Source: a virus. Taken from it: a stretch of 64,000 bases of DNA. The stretch lies in the IMG/VR virus record IMGVR_UViG_3300025467_000009, positions 32,001-96,000 of that record, one strand, 5' to 3'. Both the position numbers and the translations under genes were made by a program. The notes beneath the pieces were generated by a model that worked only from the letters and a program-made list of their open reading frames with translations, was not told the origin of the DNA and made no database searches. Shown here one piece after another: positions 10,313 to 21,800 of this stretch. Numbering within the stretch: position 1 is the stretch's first letter; every line of letters begins with the position of its first letter.

Positions 10313-11251
10313 ATGCCATTATTTGATAGTTTTTCAAATGCAGCCAGTCGTGGAGATGGTGCAGGTACATTTGGTACTCCACCAACTATACCACCTTTAT
10401 ATACTTTTAATGTTGGTACTTATGTAACATTTAATACAGGCGGTCAGACAGGCCCTACCGGACCTTCATTATCACAAATGATAGCTGGAATGACCTCTAA
10501 TGCCTCCCTTTCTTGGAATATCAATACATCATTTTTTAATACTGGTACTTACACTGGTTATCAAGTTTGGTCTGTGCCTATAACTGGTACTTACCAGATA
10601 CAGTGTTATGGAGCTACTGGTGGTTCTTCTATTTATTATGGTCCTGCTGGTGGTCAACCTGCCAATATAACAGGAACTTTTGCACTTACCCAAGGTTCCA
10701 AGTTAACAATAACAATAGGTCAAAGTGGTGCAAATAACGGTTATGATGCTGGTGGAGGTGGAGGAACTTTTGTTGCTTCAGGTTCTGTTGCTACTACTGC
10801 TATCCCTTTAATTATTGCTGGTGGTGCAGGAGGTAACTCAGCTAGTGGTGGAAGCATTAATGCTTCTTCTTCTCAAACTACTTTAACAAATGCTAATGGT
10901 TATGGTGGCTACTCAGATGGTTATGGTGGACGTAATACTGGTACCAATGGTAATCCAGGTGGTGGAGGTGGGTTTTATGGTAATGGTCAAGGAAACTGGT
11001 ATGGTCAAGGATTTCAACAAGGATTAACTGACCCAAGTTACTCAGCATATGGTGGCTTTGGTGGTGGAGGTGGTGGTGGTCAAACCAACGGTGCTGGTGG
11101 TGGAGGCGGATGGACAGGTGGAAACTCAACCCAGTGGTCTTGGAATGGTGTTGGTGGTAGTTCTTATAATACTGGAACTAATCAAACAAATACACTTGGA
11201 TCAAATGGCGCTGGCCAAAATGGTTACTGTACTATAACTAGACTTTCTTAA
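10313..11251 (+). CDS. glycine-rich domain fibre/tip protein B3
   Basis: MPLFDSFSNAASRGDG; GYQVWSVPITGTYQIQCYGATGG; GGGGGTFV; ends CTITRLS. Confidence 0.7.
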   Translation: MPLFDSFSNAASRGDGAGTFGTPPTIPPLYTFNVGTYVTFNTGGQTGPTGPSLSQMIAGMTSNASLSWNINTSFFNTGTYTGYQVWSVPITGTYQIQCYGATGGSSIYYGPAGGQPANITGTFALTQGSKLTITIGQSGANNGYDAGGGGGTFVASGSVATTAIPLIIAGGAGGNSASGGSINASSSQTTLTNANGYGGYSDGYGGRNTGTNGNPGGGGGFYGNGQGNWYGQGFQQGLTDPSYSAYGGFGGGGGGGQTNGAGGGGGWTGGNSTQWSWNGVGGSSYNTGTNQTNTLGSNGAGQNGYCTITRLS

Positions 11252-11302
11252 TATGCACCTTGTAAAACTCCTTTTAAAAAACCTTAGTAATTAAGATATC
11301 TT

Positions 11303-12100
11303 ATGCCACGTACTGCCTATTCACAAAATACTTATGTTGGTGGAGCAACGCTTGCCACACTTGGCAATAACATACTTAATAGTGATACAACTTTTACACT
11401 AAATAATGTTGGAATTTCTTGGGCAACTCTAGGTTCAGGTGGTGGTTATTACCTAGTTCTTGACTTTGGAAATATATACGAAGAAAAAGTATATGTTCCA
11501 GCCGGTAACTATAATTATTCTAGTGGTACTGTTACTGTAAGTGGTGTAAGCCGTGGAGTTGATGGTACCACAGCTCAGCAACACATTTTGGGTGCAACAG
11601 TTGCCCCAACATTAACTGCTGTAGATTTACAAGAAGCAAATAACTTAGTAGCACAAACACTTGGTCAAGTAACTACCGCAACTAGTGGTCAAGCACTTGC
11701 ACTAAATGGTACAGGCATTGGTTTTGCTAACTTTGTATTTCAAGATATAGTTCCCCTAGATGATATATCAGTTCTTTTTGATGGTGCAAATACAAACTTT
11801 AAAGCTACTTATCAAGGTGTTCCAATAAGTTTCACAAATCCGCTTTCACTTGAACTATACTTAAGCGGTGTCCCACAAAAATGGAATCAACCAGAATGGG
11901 TATGGTTATCGTATGTACCACAGGCTGGATTCCAGGTAGATTATAACGGAAACATATTTTTTCAAGAAGTACCTACAACAACGACCGCACAAACACCAGT
12001 TAACCAATCTTTTCAAGGCAATTATATGCCTGCACCACCACTTAACAACAGTCAAACAATTTATCCGTTTCAACCAACGGATGTAATGTTAGGATATTAG
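11303..12100 (+). CDS. fibre adaptor paralog A4 with a different C-terminal domain
   Basis: Same N-terminal domain (MPRTAYSQNTYVGGA..EEKVYVP..EANNLVAQTL); C-term LDDIS..FDG..T.F unrelated to the other paralogs. Confidence 0.7.
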   Translation: MPRTAYSQNTYVGGATLATLGNNILNSDTTFTLNNVGISWATLGSGGGYYLVLDFGNIYEEKVYVPAGNYNYSSGTVTVSGVSRGVDGTTAQQHILGATVAPTLTAVDLQEANNLVAQTLGQVTTATSGQALALNGTGIGFANFVFQDIVPLDDISVLFDGANTNFKATYQGVPISFTNPLSLELYLSGVPQKWNQPEWVWLSYVPQAGFQVDYNGNIFFQEVPTTTTAQTPVNQSFQGNYMPAPPLNNSQTIYPFQPTDVMLGY

Positions 12101-12111
12101 GAGTATAAACA

Positions 12112-15100
12112 ATGGCACGTAAGGTTATAGACAATCCATATTACGTATTTAACCCAGCAACAAGAACAATCACCATCCCTCAGTATCTTCCTCAGGAAAA
12201 ACTTGTTCTTATTACCAATGTCACCCGTGACCAGGTAATTTTTAACTTCTCGGACCCAAGTCGTAACATTACAAGTTATACTTCAAGTGTGGCTGGTGCA
12301 ACAGGTAGCACAACTATTGTACTTAACTACAATACTACTACAATGCTTGCAACTGACAAGCTTTCTATTGTTATTGATGAATACAATGAAAAGTTTTACC
12401 CAGAAGAATCAATGCTTGACGGTGTTCAAAAACTTCGTGTAAGTACACCACAGTCAATGATTGACACCGACTTTGAGTATGGTAACCAGGTTTCAAAGTG
12501 GGAACAGATTGGTCTTACTAACTGGCACCCAGCAAGTTACAACAACTATCCACCTGCTACTTATACTACTGTTTCAAGTATTACTATGCCTCAGGGTTCT
12601 AACCAGGTTACAGTTTCTTTCTCTGGTGCTCACGGACTTTCAGTTGGTAACCCAATCCAAGTTCAAGATGCACTCCTTCAGTATGCAAATGGTAACTATG
12701 TAATTGAAAGTATTCCAACAGCATCTAGTTACACTTACTCTGCAAAGAGTATTAATACCGGTGGATCAAGTATTACCAATATTTTTGACCCTAACAAAAC
12801 AGATATTTGGAACCAAAGTTATTACACTGGTGCCCAGTTGAGTAACTCATTTACTATAAGTCCTAATAATTATATTATGACAGTTACTACCTCAACACCT
12901 CACGGTTTGAGTCTTGGTAATGAGATTGCAGTTTCTGGTATTACCGGTGTTAACCCACCAAATGGTAATTTCTATGTAACTGGTATTTACTCACCTACAG
13001 TATTTACTTACGCTGCAAAGGCAGGTATACCAAGTTCTCTTAACTCTTCAACAGCAGTAATCTTCCCTCGTAACCAGTCTTTGTTTGAACAAAGACCTTT
13101 TGATGGTGGAGTTCTTTTTGGAAACAATTCATTAAGTAATCAACAGTCTGCAACTAGACAAACTAGAAGAAACTTTCACTACCAGTCAGGTAAAGCCCTT
13201 TCAATGGCAACCGGTACTATTATGAAGACTGCTTACACAGTTGACTACCTTTCAGTTTCTGGTGGTGTTGCAAATAACAGAACAGTAGTTGTACAAACTC
13301 GTGAACCACACAACCTTACTCCAGGTGTAACAGTTCTTATTACCGGTGTAGTTACTTCTGGTTACAATGGTACTTATAGCGTAAACAATGTACTTAACCC
13401 AACACAGTTTACTTACATTGCTAGTGGTATTCCATTCAGCACACCTGCTGTTGACTCAATTGGGCCTTACTCAGTACAGGTTAACAGTTGGTACGGTGCA
13501 TCAACTAGAATTGGTTTGTTTAATCAACAAGACGGTCCATTCTGGGAATTTGATGGACAATCACTATACGCTGTTCTAAGAAGTTCAATCAAGCAAGTCG
13601 GTGGACGTGTAAGTGCCACTAACGGTAGTTCAACTGTAACTCAAACAGACTCTAACTGGCCAACCACATTTTCAGAACAATTAATTGTTGGTCAGTATGT
13701 AGTTATTCGTGGTATTAGTTATCGTGTAACTGATATTAACAGTGATACAAGTATTAACATTTCACCTCCTTACCGTGGTGTAACAAATACCTACATGACA
13801 ATGACTTCAACTGTTGAAACTAGAATTCCTCAAGGTGCATTTAATGTTGACCGCCTTGATGGTACAGGTCCTAGTGGTTATAACATTGATGCTGGTAAAA
13901 TGCAAATGTGGTTTATTGACTATGCATGGTATGGTGCTGGTACTGTTCGTTGGGGTGTAAGAACCACCGATGGTCGTATTGTCTATGCCCACAAATTAGC
14001 TAACAACAACATTAACACTACAGCATATATGCGTTCCGGTAACTTACCTGGCCGTTATGAAAATGTTAGTGTTGTTCCTACAGTTTATCTTGCTTCTGGT
14101 TCAGGTATTCAGGCTACAGATACACAAATTATTACTACAAGTACCCTTAATACTGTTGGTAGTGGTTTGTTCCCACCACAGGGTACACTTTGTATTCGTA
14201 ATAACACTACTTATGAGTATGTTAACTATACTTCAGTTACAAGTGGTGGTTTCCAAGGCCTAACCCGTGGACAGGCAGGTAACACAAGTATTGCAACTAC
14301 AATGAGTTCTGGTTCAACCACAGCTCAGGTTGCAAGTACAGCTGGTGTTCAAATTGGTCAAAGAGTTGCTGTAAGTAGTGGTTTCCCAGACAATACATTT
14401 GTAACTGGGTTTAACTATAACTCAAGTATTTCATTTAGTAATGCTGCCTATATTAATAACCCAACTCTTGTATTGCCTCCAATGGGTAATACAGCACAAA
14501 ACTTTGCATGGAGTGCAGTTAACCCAACTATTGTAGAACTTGCTTATCCATCACACTCACCTTATGTTTCTCACTGGGGTACTGCTGTTATTATGGATGG
14601 TGGATTTACAATTGACCCTTCACTCTTGTTTACCTATGGACAGTTAAACCCAACAACACTATTAAGTGGTCAAACAAAAGCACTATTAGCAATTAGAATT
14701 GCACCAAGTGTTGACCAAGGTTTGATTAACTCACAAATTGGTGCTCGTGAACTTGTAAACCGTGTTCAGTTGCAACTTCAAACACTAGACGTAGCTGTAA
14801 CAGCATCTGGTAACCCTCAAAACGTAGGTGCCGGTAACGTACTAATTCGTGCTTACCTTAATTCAACTCCATACCTACTTAATGGTGGTTCTATCCCAAT
14901 CTGGACCAATGCTGTTGGTGGGCAAGCAGTACCTAACTCATCATTGAGTCAAATTGCTGACTATTCAACAGTAGTTTCTGGAGTTGGTATTTTTGGTGGT
15001 GAAGTTACTGGTGGATTCTTCGTAGACACTACACAAGAAGTTGATGTTTCTAAGGTTCGAGATCTAGGTAATTCAATCCTTGGTGGAGGTAGTTTAACTC

Positions 15101-15216
15101 CAGCAACTGGTATTTACCCAGACGGTCCTGACACACTAACACTAATTGCTACAAATGCAAATGGTTTCCCAGTTTCACTACTTGGACGTATTTCTTGGAA
15201 TGAAGCACAGGCCTAA
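12112..15216 (+). CDS. large virion structural/fibre protein with three internal beta-rich repeats
   Basis: 1034 aa; three copies of (T/V)V....(A/P)H(G/N)L..G....V.......NG.(Y/F).(V/I)......(F/Y)TY; AGGAG RBS. Confidence 0.65.
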   Translation: MARKVIDNPYYVFNPATRTITIPQYLPQEKLVLITNVTRDQVIFNFSDPSRNITSYTSSVAGATGSTTIVLNYNTTTMLATDKLSIVIDEYNEKFYPEESMLDGVQKLRVSTPQSMIDTDFEYGNQVSKWEQIGLTNWHPASYNNYPPATYTTVSSITMPQGSNQVTVSFSGAHGLSVGNPIQVQDALLQYANGNYVIESIPTASSYTYSAKSINTGGSSITNIFDPNKTDIWNQSYYTGAQLSNSFTISPNNYIMTVTTSTPHGLSLGNEIAVSGITGVNPPNGNFYVTGIYSPTVFTYAAKAGIPSSLNSSTAVIFPRNQSLFEQRPFDGGVLFGNNSLSNQQSATRQTRRNFHYQSGKALSMATGTIMKTAYTVDYLSVSGGVANNRTVVVQTREPHNLTPGVTVLITGVVTSGYNGTYSVNNVLNPTQFTYIASGIPFSTPAVDSIGPYSVQVNSWYGASTRIGLFNQQDGPFWEFDGQSLYAVLRSSIKQVGGRVSATNGSSTVTQTDSNWPTTFSEQLIVGQYVVIRGISYRVTDINSDTSINISPPYRGVTNTYMTMTSTVETRIPQGAFNVDRLDGTGPSGYNIDAGKMQMWFIDYAWYGAGTVRWGVRTTDGRIVYAHKLANNNINTTAYMRSGNLPGRYENVSVVPTVYLASGSGIQATDTQIITTSTLNTVGSGLFPPQGTLCIRNNTTYEYVNYTSVTSGGFQGLTRGQAGNTSIATTMSSGSTTAQVASTAGVQIGQRVAVSSGFPDNTFVTGFNYNSSISFSNAAYINNPTLVLPPMGNTAQNFAWSAVNPTIVELAYPSHSPYVSHWGTAVIMDGGFTIDPSLLFTYGQLNPTTLLSGQTKALLAIRIAPSVDQGLINSQIGARELVNRVQLQLQTLDVAVTASGNPQNVGAGNVLIRAYLNSTPYLLNGGSIPIWTNAVGGQAVPNSSLSQIADYSTVVSGVGIFGGEVTGGFFVDTTQEVDVSKVRDLGNSILGGGSLTPATGIYPDGPDTLTLIATNANGFPVSLLGRISWNEAQA

Positions 15217-15227
15217 GGAAAACATAA

Positions 15228-16769
15228 ATGGCAAGAGCGCCCTACTCTCTCAACAGTTATACTGGTGGTGCCCCAACTGCTGCATTAGCAGCGGCTGTTA
15301 GTATTACCGGTACTCAAATAGCAATTGTAAATACTTCTAGTGGTTGGTATCCACTTGGTGTTAATGGTGGGTTCTTTTTAGCACTTGATTACGGTACAGC
15401 ACTTGAAGAAAAAATATTTGTTCCTAGTGGAGCTTATAACTGGAGTTTAGGAATTGCTAGCCCAGTTGTAATTAGTGGTATTACTAGAGCTCAAGATAAC
15501 ACAAGTGCTGTAGCACACGTTAGTGGTTCAATTACTGCTTTTGTAATGACAGGTGTTGACCTTTTCGAAGCAAATAATGTTGTTAGTCAAACACTAGGCC
15601 AAGTTGCAACTTCAAGTGGCCAGGCATTCTTTTCAACTGGTAGTGGTATTAAACCACAAGCAGTTCAACCAGGACTTATTAGTGGTTTGACTCCAGGAGC
15701 AGTTCCTTTTGGAAGTGCAACTGGTGCATGGTCAGATACATCAAACAATGGTGGTGGTGCAACCGGTGCTGCTGGTGCACTACTTATGAGTTATGGTAAT
15801 ATTGCTAATGGTGGCCCAGAATGGGTCAATTATAATATTCACCAAACAGTACAAGCAGTAGCAGTTACTAATATTTCAGGTCTCTATACACCTAATGGTA
15901 ATACCACAAATGACTACCCACTAAGTGTTGATACTTTTACAGTTTCATCTGGTTATGGTTCTACTTTCTCAGTTGATGGTTATGTCATTCAACCAGGAGA
16001 TAGAATACTACTTACAGGACAAACTAATTCTGCATACAATGGTGTATATGTAAATACAAGTAGTGCCGGTGCTGTTTCACCTGTACTTGTTAGAGACAAT
16101 GATGTTGACACAACTTCAAAACTAGTAGCTAGTCTTATTCAAGTGGGTCAAGGAAATATCTATTATGGTACAACCTGGCAATGTCAAATGAACCCAAGTG
16201 CAACTATTGGTGTAAGTCCTTGTCCATGGGTACAATTCTTAACTCCTACAGCACTTGCTAGTGGTCAAACTTTTGGTTATGCAACCCTAAATAATGTTGT
16301 ACTTAACAGTGGTACTGCAAATGGTGTAACAAGTAATAATACCACTTTTATTAACCCAACTTTTACTAGTGCTAAAGAAACTGTAAACATTGTTTCTTCA
16401 CCCGCATTGAATGGAACAGTTACTTTCTCTGGTACTACTGGTACCATTAACTATTACACTGTTAATGCAACAAATAATTTTACTTTTAACCTAACAACCT
16501 CTGGTACAATTAGTAGTACATTGGGTGTTGGTCAAAGTATCACTTTTACTGCTTTAACAACTCAAGGTAGTCCGGCTTACATGACAGTTAGTGGTGCTAA
16601 TACTGCAATTCAAATTGATGGTAATTCATCTAATTTTGCTACATATTGGCAAGGTGGCACTTGCCCAGCTTCAGGTAATGTTAATGGTATTGATGCCTAT
16701 ACATTTACTGTTATTAAAACAGCAGCCACTCCAACCTATACGGTACTCGCAAGTCAAACAAAGTTCTAA
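15228..16769 (+). CDS. fibre adaptor paralog A5 with extra central domain
   Basis: MARAPYSLNSYTGGA..EEKIFVP; central VDG....GDRILLTGQTNSAYNGVYV motif typical of tail-fibre proteins; C-term YTVLASQTKF. Confidence 0.75.
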   Translation: MARAPYSLNSYTGGAPTAALAAAVSITGTQIAIVNTSSGWYPLGVNGGFFLALDYGTALEEKIFVPSGAYNWSLGIASPVVISGITRAQDNTSAVAHVSGSITAFVMTGVDLFEANNVVSQTLGQVATSSGQAFFSTGSGIKPQAVQPGLISGLTPGAVPFGSATGAWSDTSNNGGGATGAAGALLMSYGNIANGGPEWVNYNIHQTVQAVAVTNISGLYTPNGNTTNDYPLSVDTFTVSSGYGSTFSVDGYVIQPGDRILLTGQTNSAYNGVYVNTSSAGAVSPVLVRDNDVDTTSKLVASLIQVGQGNIYYGTTWQCQMNPSATIGVSPCPWVQFLTPTALASGQTFGYATLNNVVLNSGTANGVTSNNTTFINPTFTSAKETVNIVSSPALNGTVTFSGTTGTINYYTVNATNNFTFNLTTSGTISSTLGVGQSITFTALTTQGSPAYMTVSGANTAIQIDGNSSNFATYWQGGTCPASGNVNGIDAYTFTVIKTAATPTYTVLASQTKF

Positions 16770-16771
16770 CC

Positions 16772-17776
16772 ATGCCAATGCTTCAGACCTTTGGAGAGGA
16801 TTCTGCTAGAGATTTTGGTTTTGCTGATGGTAATATAGGTATTGCATTACCTTCACTTTATACATTCCCAATAAGTTCTTATATAACTTTTACTTCAGGG
16901 GGAATAACTGGAAAGTCTGGGCCTAATTTATCTCAAGCAATTGCAGGTTTAAGCTCTAATCAAAGTACAAGTTGGTCTAGTAATACTGCTTTTTTTAATA
17001 TGGTTATAAATGGAGTCCAAGAATGGACTGTACCAATCACTGGTACATATCAATTTCAATTAGCTGGTGGGGCTGGTGGGCAAGGTACGGGTAGTAGGAT
17101 GTCAGGGTCAGGAAATGTTTATAGAGGGTATGGAAGAACTCTAACAGGGACTTATAATTTAATTTCTGGTGATATTATTAGAATTGTTATTGGTCAAGCA
17201 GGTGGAGTAGGTAGCGGTGGTTGGAACCTGGGTGGAGGTGGCGGGACTTTTGTATATTATAAAAATACAAATGTTCCTCTTTTTATTGCTGGTGGAGCCG
17301 GAGGTTCTAATCAATGGACTGTAACTCCTGGTAATGATGGATTAATTGGTACTAGTGGTGGGAATGGTACAGGTCAATCTGCAGGTGTTGGAGGCACTAA
17401 CGGTTCATTTGGTACCGGTGTTCAAAATGGTGGTCAAGGACAGGGTGGAAATGCAACACTTACAGGGGACTCTCAGTCTGCTGGTGGTGGAGGGTTTGGT
17501 ACCCCTACATCAACTTATACAGGTGGTAACTCAGGTGGAACTGGTGGTGGTGTAGGCGGTTTTGGTTGTGGTGGTGGAGCAGCAAATGGTAATTCAGCTG
17601 CAGCTGGTGGTGGCGGTGGAGGTGGTTTTTCAGGTGGTGGCGGTGGTGGTTCTTATAATGGTACACAGGGTATTGGAAGTGGTGGTGCAGGTGGAAGTTA
17701 CGGAATTGCTACTATAACAGATTTAGGTGTTTATAATCAACCAAATGGTTATGCAACTATTACAAGGATAGCATAA
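16772..17776 (+). CDS. glycine-rich domain fibre/tip protein B5a
   Basis: MPMLQTFGEDSARDFG; WTVPITGTYQFQLAGGAGG; poly-Gly runs. Confidence 0.7.
   Translation: MPMLQTFGEDSARDFGFADGNIGIALPSLYTFPISSYITFTSGGITGKSGPNLSQAIAGLSSNQSTSWSSNTAFFNMVINGVQEWTVPITGTYQFQLAGGAGGQGTGSRMSGSGNVYRGYGRTLTGTYNLISGDIIRIVIGQAGGVGSGGWNLGGGGGTFVYYKNTNVPLFIAGGAGGSNQWTVTPGNDGLIGTSGGNGTGQSAGVGGTNGSFGTGVQNGGQGQGGNATLTGDSQSAGGGGFGTPTSTYTGGNSGGTGGGVGGFGCGGGAANGNSAAAGGGGGGGFSGGGGGGSYNGTQGIGSGGAGGSYGIATITDLGVYNQPNGYATITRIA
16802..16835 (+). repeat. 34-bp exact direct repeat, copy 1
   Basis: TCTGCTAGAGATTTTGGTTTTGCTGATGGTAATA, identical at 17806-17839. Confidence 0.9.
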
Positions 17777-18843
17777 TGCCTCTACTTCAAACTTTTGGAG
17801 AAGACTCTGCTAGAGATTTTGGTTTTGCTGATGGTAATAATCTTAATACAAACAGTATACCTCCATTATATCCATTTAATATTAATACTACACTTACTTT
17901 TACTGCAGGAACAGCTACAGGTCAAAATGGACCTAATCTTTCTCAAGCACTTAGTGGTTTAACTTCTAATGCAAGTACAAGTTGGGCAAGCAATACTGCT
18001 TTTTTTAATATGACTCAAAATGGTTATCAGTTATGGACAGTCCCTGCAACTGGATTATATCAAATTAAAGCATTTGGTGCTCCAGGTGCTAGTACTAATT
18101 TAGTTGTTGGTGCTGGTGCAATAATTCAAGCTACAGTTCAATTAGTACAAAGTGGAATTGTTACTATATTGGTAGGACAATATGGGCAATCTTCAACAAG
18201 TGGTGGCGGTGGTGGTGGGACTTTTGTAACTAGTGGAACTAATTATACTTCATCGCCTCTCATCATTGCTGGCGGTGGAGGTGGCGGTCTTGATGGTAAT
18301 GGTGCCTATAGTATTGCAGGAGCTCAGGGACAAATGAATTTTACTGCATCTAATTCAGCAGATAATTCTGGTATTGGGGGAGGTAACGGTGGTACAGGTT
18401 ACGGTGGTACTGGCTCTAATAATGGTTGGGGTGGTGGAGGTGGTGGATTTTATGGTTCAGGTACTGCAGCAGCTAATGCAGCAGGATACGGATATAGTGG
18501 AGCTGGTAGTGGTTTTGTAAATGGTGCAACTGGTGGAAATACAGCAACCAGTGCTTATGGTGGTTTTGGTTGTGGTGGTGGAACTCACGGTAATACTGGT
18601 GGAGGTGGAGCTGGTGGTGGTTATACTGGGGGTGGTGGAAGTAATCAAAATCAAAGCCCCGACAATGGAGGCGGTGGCGGTTCTTATATTATTTCTTCTG
18701 CTACTAATGTAAGTACTAGTACAGGTACTTGGGCCGGTACTAGTACTTTTAATGGTTCTACTATTATTAACCTTAATTCTTATAATGGAACTTATAGAGG
18801 TACTCTAGTTAACGGTTCTGTTACTATAACAAGGTTATCATAA
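17776..18843 (+). CDS. glycine-rich domain fibre/tip protein B5b
   Basis: MPLLQTFGEDSARDFG; GYQLWTVPATGLYQIKAFGAPG; ends VTITRLS. Confidence 0.7.
   Translation: MPLLQTFGEDSARDFGFADGNNLNTNSIPPLYPFNINTTLTFTAGTATGQNGPNLSQALSGLTSNASTSWASNTAFFNMTQNGYQLWTVPATGLYQIKAFGAPGASTNLVVGAGAIIQATVQLVQSGIVTILVGQYGQSSTSGGGGGGTFVTSGTNYTSSPLIIAGGGGGGLDGNGAYSIAGAQGQMNFTASNSADNSGIGGGNGGTGYGGTGSNNGWGGGGGGFYGSGTAAANAAGYGYSGAGSGFVNGATGGNTATSAYGGFGCGGGTHGNTGGGGAGGGYTGGGGSNQNQSPDNGGGGGSYIISSATNVSTSTGTWAGTSTFNGSTIINLNSYNGTYRGTLVNGSVTITRLS
17806..17839 (+). repeat. 34-bp exact direct repeat, copy 2
   Basis: Identical to 16802-16835. Confidence 0.9.
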
Positions 18844-21800
18844 TGCAAAGCATATACGGAGACTCAAAAGCCGTACTTAAAGATGGTATAGTATTAGATA
18901 GCGGTAGTAAAAGAGCTCTTACTATCAATATAAAAATTACTCAAGTAAGTAGTAATTATGCCTATGGTGTTTACCGTTATTACGGTTATTTAATTAAAGG
19001 TATATTCCCAGCCTCTCAAAGAGTATATCAAAATGGTATACTTTACCCTACCCAAACTATTCGTAATCTTGTAGCAAATGTTTTTGTTACAACTTCTGCA
19101 CCAAGTAAAGTTTTTAGATTACTCCCACCTACCCTTGGCAATACCTATGTTTATATTACCAACCTTTTTAATAGAGGCAGTAATTTACTCTTCCCAGTTA
19201 GAATCCAACAACGTTCGGTCAGTGCTTCAAATATTAGTGTAGCTGCTCCCGTACAAAAAACTACAAGTAAAGTAATTACAGCAATACAAGGGTATGCAAG
19301 TAGTGCCCTAGAAGGTATTCAGAGATATATTGGTAACTTTCAATTAGTTGGAGAACAAATATCTAATTCATTTAAAGGTGGATTGGAATACTACTACCCT
19401 ACAATACAAACCGGACTTAACAGAACAGTTTATGCTTCCCAAATTGGAGCGGCCGGTATAAGAAGATTAAAATCATTTTTTATCTTTTCACAACAAACTT
19501 CTGGAAGTATTGCACTTGAAGGTATTGGACGTAACTGGACTCTTGGTAACCAAATTTCTGCTGCCTTTAAAGGTGGAACTGCTTACTATATAGTTCCTAT
19601 TATTTATACACTTTATAAGTTAATAAATGCTGTAAATGTTGGTGCAGCTAGTGTACAAAAGACTAGAACTGCATTTATTAAAGTCCTTCAAACTTCAGCA
19701 AGTATTGCACTAGATGGGGTTACTAGAGCTAACTTTAATCTTGGTGTATATATCACCAATGCTTTTAACCGTGGCTCAGCATACCTTCCTTCTCCACAAC
19801 CACCAATTTCACTTCCTAAGTCTGCTATTGCCTCTGTTATTGGTGCAGCTAGAACTTCTAAAGCAATAAGTAAAAATGTAACTATAGTTAGAGTTAACAC
19901 TTCTTACTTTATTGAAAATATTAATAGAGTAGTTAAGTATACCGGTCGCCAAATCTCCCAAGCATTATTTGGTGGTGAAACACTATTCCCATCACAAAGA
20001 ACTTTAAATAGAACAGCAGTTGCATCCTTTACTGGAACTATTTATGTAAAAGCTTCATTTATCAAACTACCAAAATTAATTTCAGTTGTACAAGTTAGTG
20101 CTCAAAGTTTACAATACTTAAGAATTAAAAAAGTTCAAGCTTTACTTACAAATACTGCTTTTGCTTTAAGACCACCAATTGTTAGAGTTAGGCTTATAAA
20201 TGCAGTTCAAGTTAATATAAGTAGGGCTGTTAAGTTAGTTTTTAAAGGTAAGTTTGCTTCTGTCACTCAATTTAATAGTGCTAGTCTTATAAGAACTACT
20301 TTCAGAAGTAGAAACTACAATGCAACTCAAGTTGGTGTTGGTGTAATACACTATATTAGAGGAAGAAATATAAAAGCTGTTTCTACTAATGCAGCTAAGT
20401 CTCTTAAAAGTATAAGTAAATTAATTCGTGTTTCAAAAACTAATACTTCTTATGCTATTAAAGTATTCAACCCAGTTAAAAGAATTTCAGTAACACAAAT
20501 AAGAAGTTCTTACTTTATTAAAGTACACAATCCAATTCGTGCAGTTAAAGTTACCTTAATTAATACTGCTAGTGTATTTAAACAAAGAACAGATTTCAGA
20601 AATATAACAGTTACTTTATTCAATATTGCTAAACCTCGTTATTCTAGAAATAAGATGATATATTCTACTACTTTAAGTAGTTCTAAGCTTCGTACAGTTA
20701 GAACAAAGAATATTTATGCTTCATTAAATAATATTGCTAAAGTTTCTACAACAAGAGTTAAAACTGTTAGAGCAACATTAATTAATATAGCACCACCTAG
20801 ATATATTACTAGGGGTAAAGCAGTTTCTCCTGCAACATCAATTAATATAACTAAAAATTATAGACGTAAAGCACTTCTTAGATTCCCAACCGCTGTAGAA
20901 GTTTTCTATTTTGGTGATTTCAGAAACTTTCAAAAAGATACCGGTAAGGCTGTAATTTTATATTCTGCTAAAGTTTTAAAAAGTTCTCAGTTTTTTAGAA
21001 AAGTATCAGTTACTAGAATAAACACAGCCTCATTGCTTAGAATTGCAAACAGAGTACGTAAAGCTCAAGCCACTTTAGTTAATTCAAGTAGATCTATTAC
21101 TGTAAGAATTAGAAATATTAGAGTTACTCAACTTAATATTCCAAGAATATATAAAGTTCAACTTAAAAATATAAAGGTACTTAATGTTAATTCTTCTTTC
21201 TTAAGAAGAAATCAACTTAAAGTTATTAGAGCAACAAATATTTCTATACCTAGAATTACAACTACTCGCAGTAAAAAAGTTAGGGTATTACAAACTAATG
21301 TTTCTAGGTTTAGTGTAGTTAAAGTTCGTAGAGTATTTTCTGCAGTACAAGTTAATAGTTCTAAAGTTCAGTATGTTAGAAGTCGTAACATTAGAGCAAC
21401 TCAAGTTAGAACTTCTATAAATACTAATACTAAACATCGTGTAAGATATGTTAAAGCTCTACTAACTAACACTTCTTACTTTATGAGAATTAGACATTAC
21501 AACCGAAAGGCAACCGCTAATCAAGTTGTTGGTGCAACTGTTACTAGAACTCACCAATACCGTAGAAATGTTAAAGTTACTACTTCTTACTCTATTGGTA
21601 CTAATCGTAGTGTTAACTATATTAGAAAAGCTAAAGCAACTTCTGTAGGTTCAATTACTTCTAGAAAATATCTTGGAAAACACTTAGGTATTCAAGTAGA
21701 AGCCATTTACCGCATGGCTCAAAATATTATTACTAAGCTTAACATTCCAGTAATAAGTAATATTTCTAGGAAGCAAGGAATTACAACTAAGATTAACATT

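Noticed and set aside
4572-16775. Programmed readthrough fusing adaptor and Gly-rich genes
   Set aside because: Stop-to-ATG gaps are 1 or 2 nt (different frames) with no common slippery site; translational coupling is enough to explain them
2943-18843. Diversity-generating retroelement or invertible shufflon
   Set aside because: No reverse transcriptase, recombinase, inverted cassette or adenine-specific TR/VR pair seen; paralogs differ throughout
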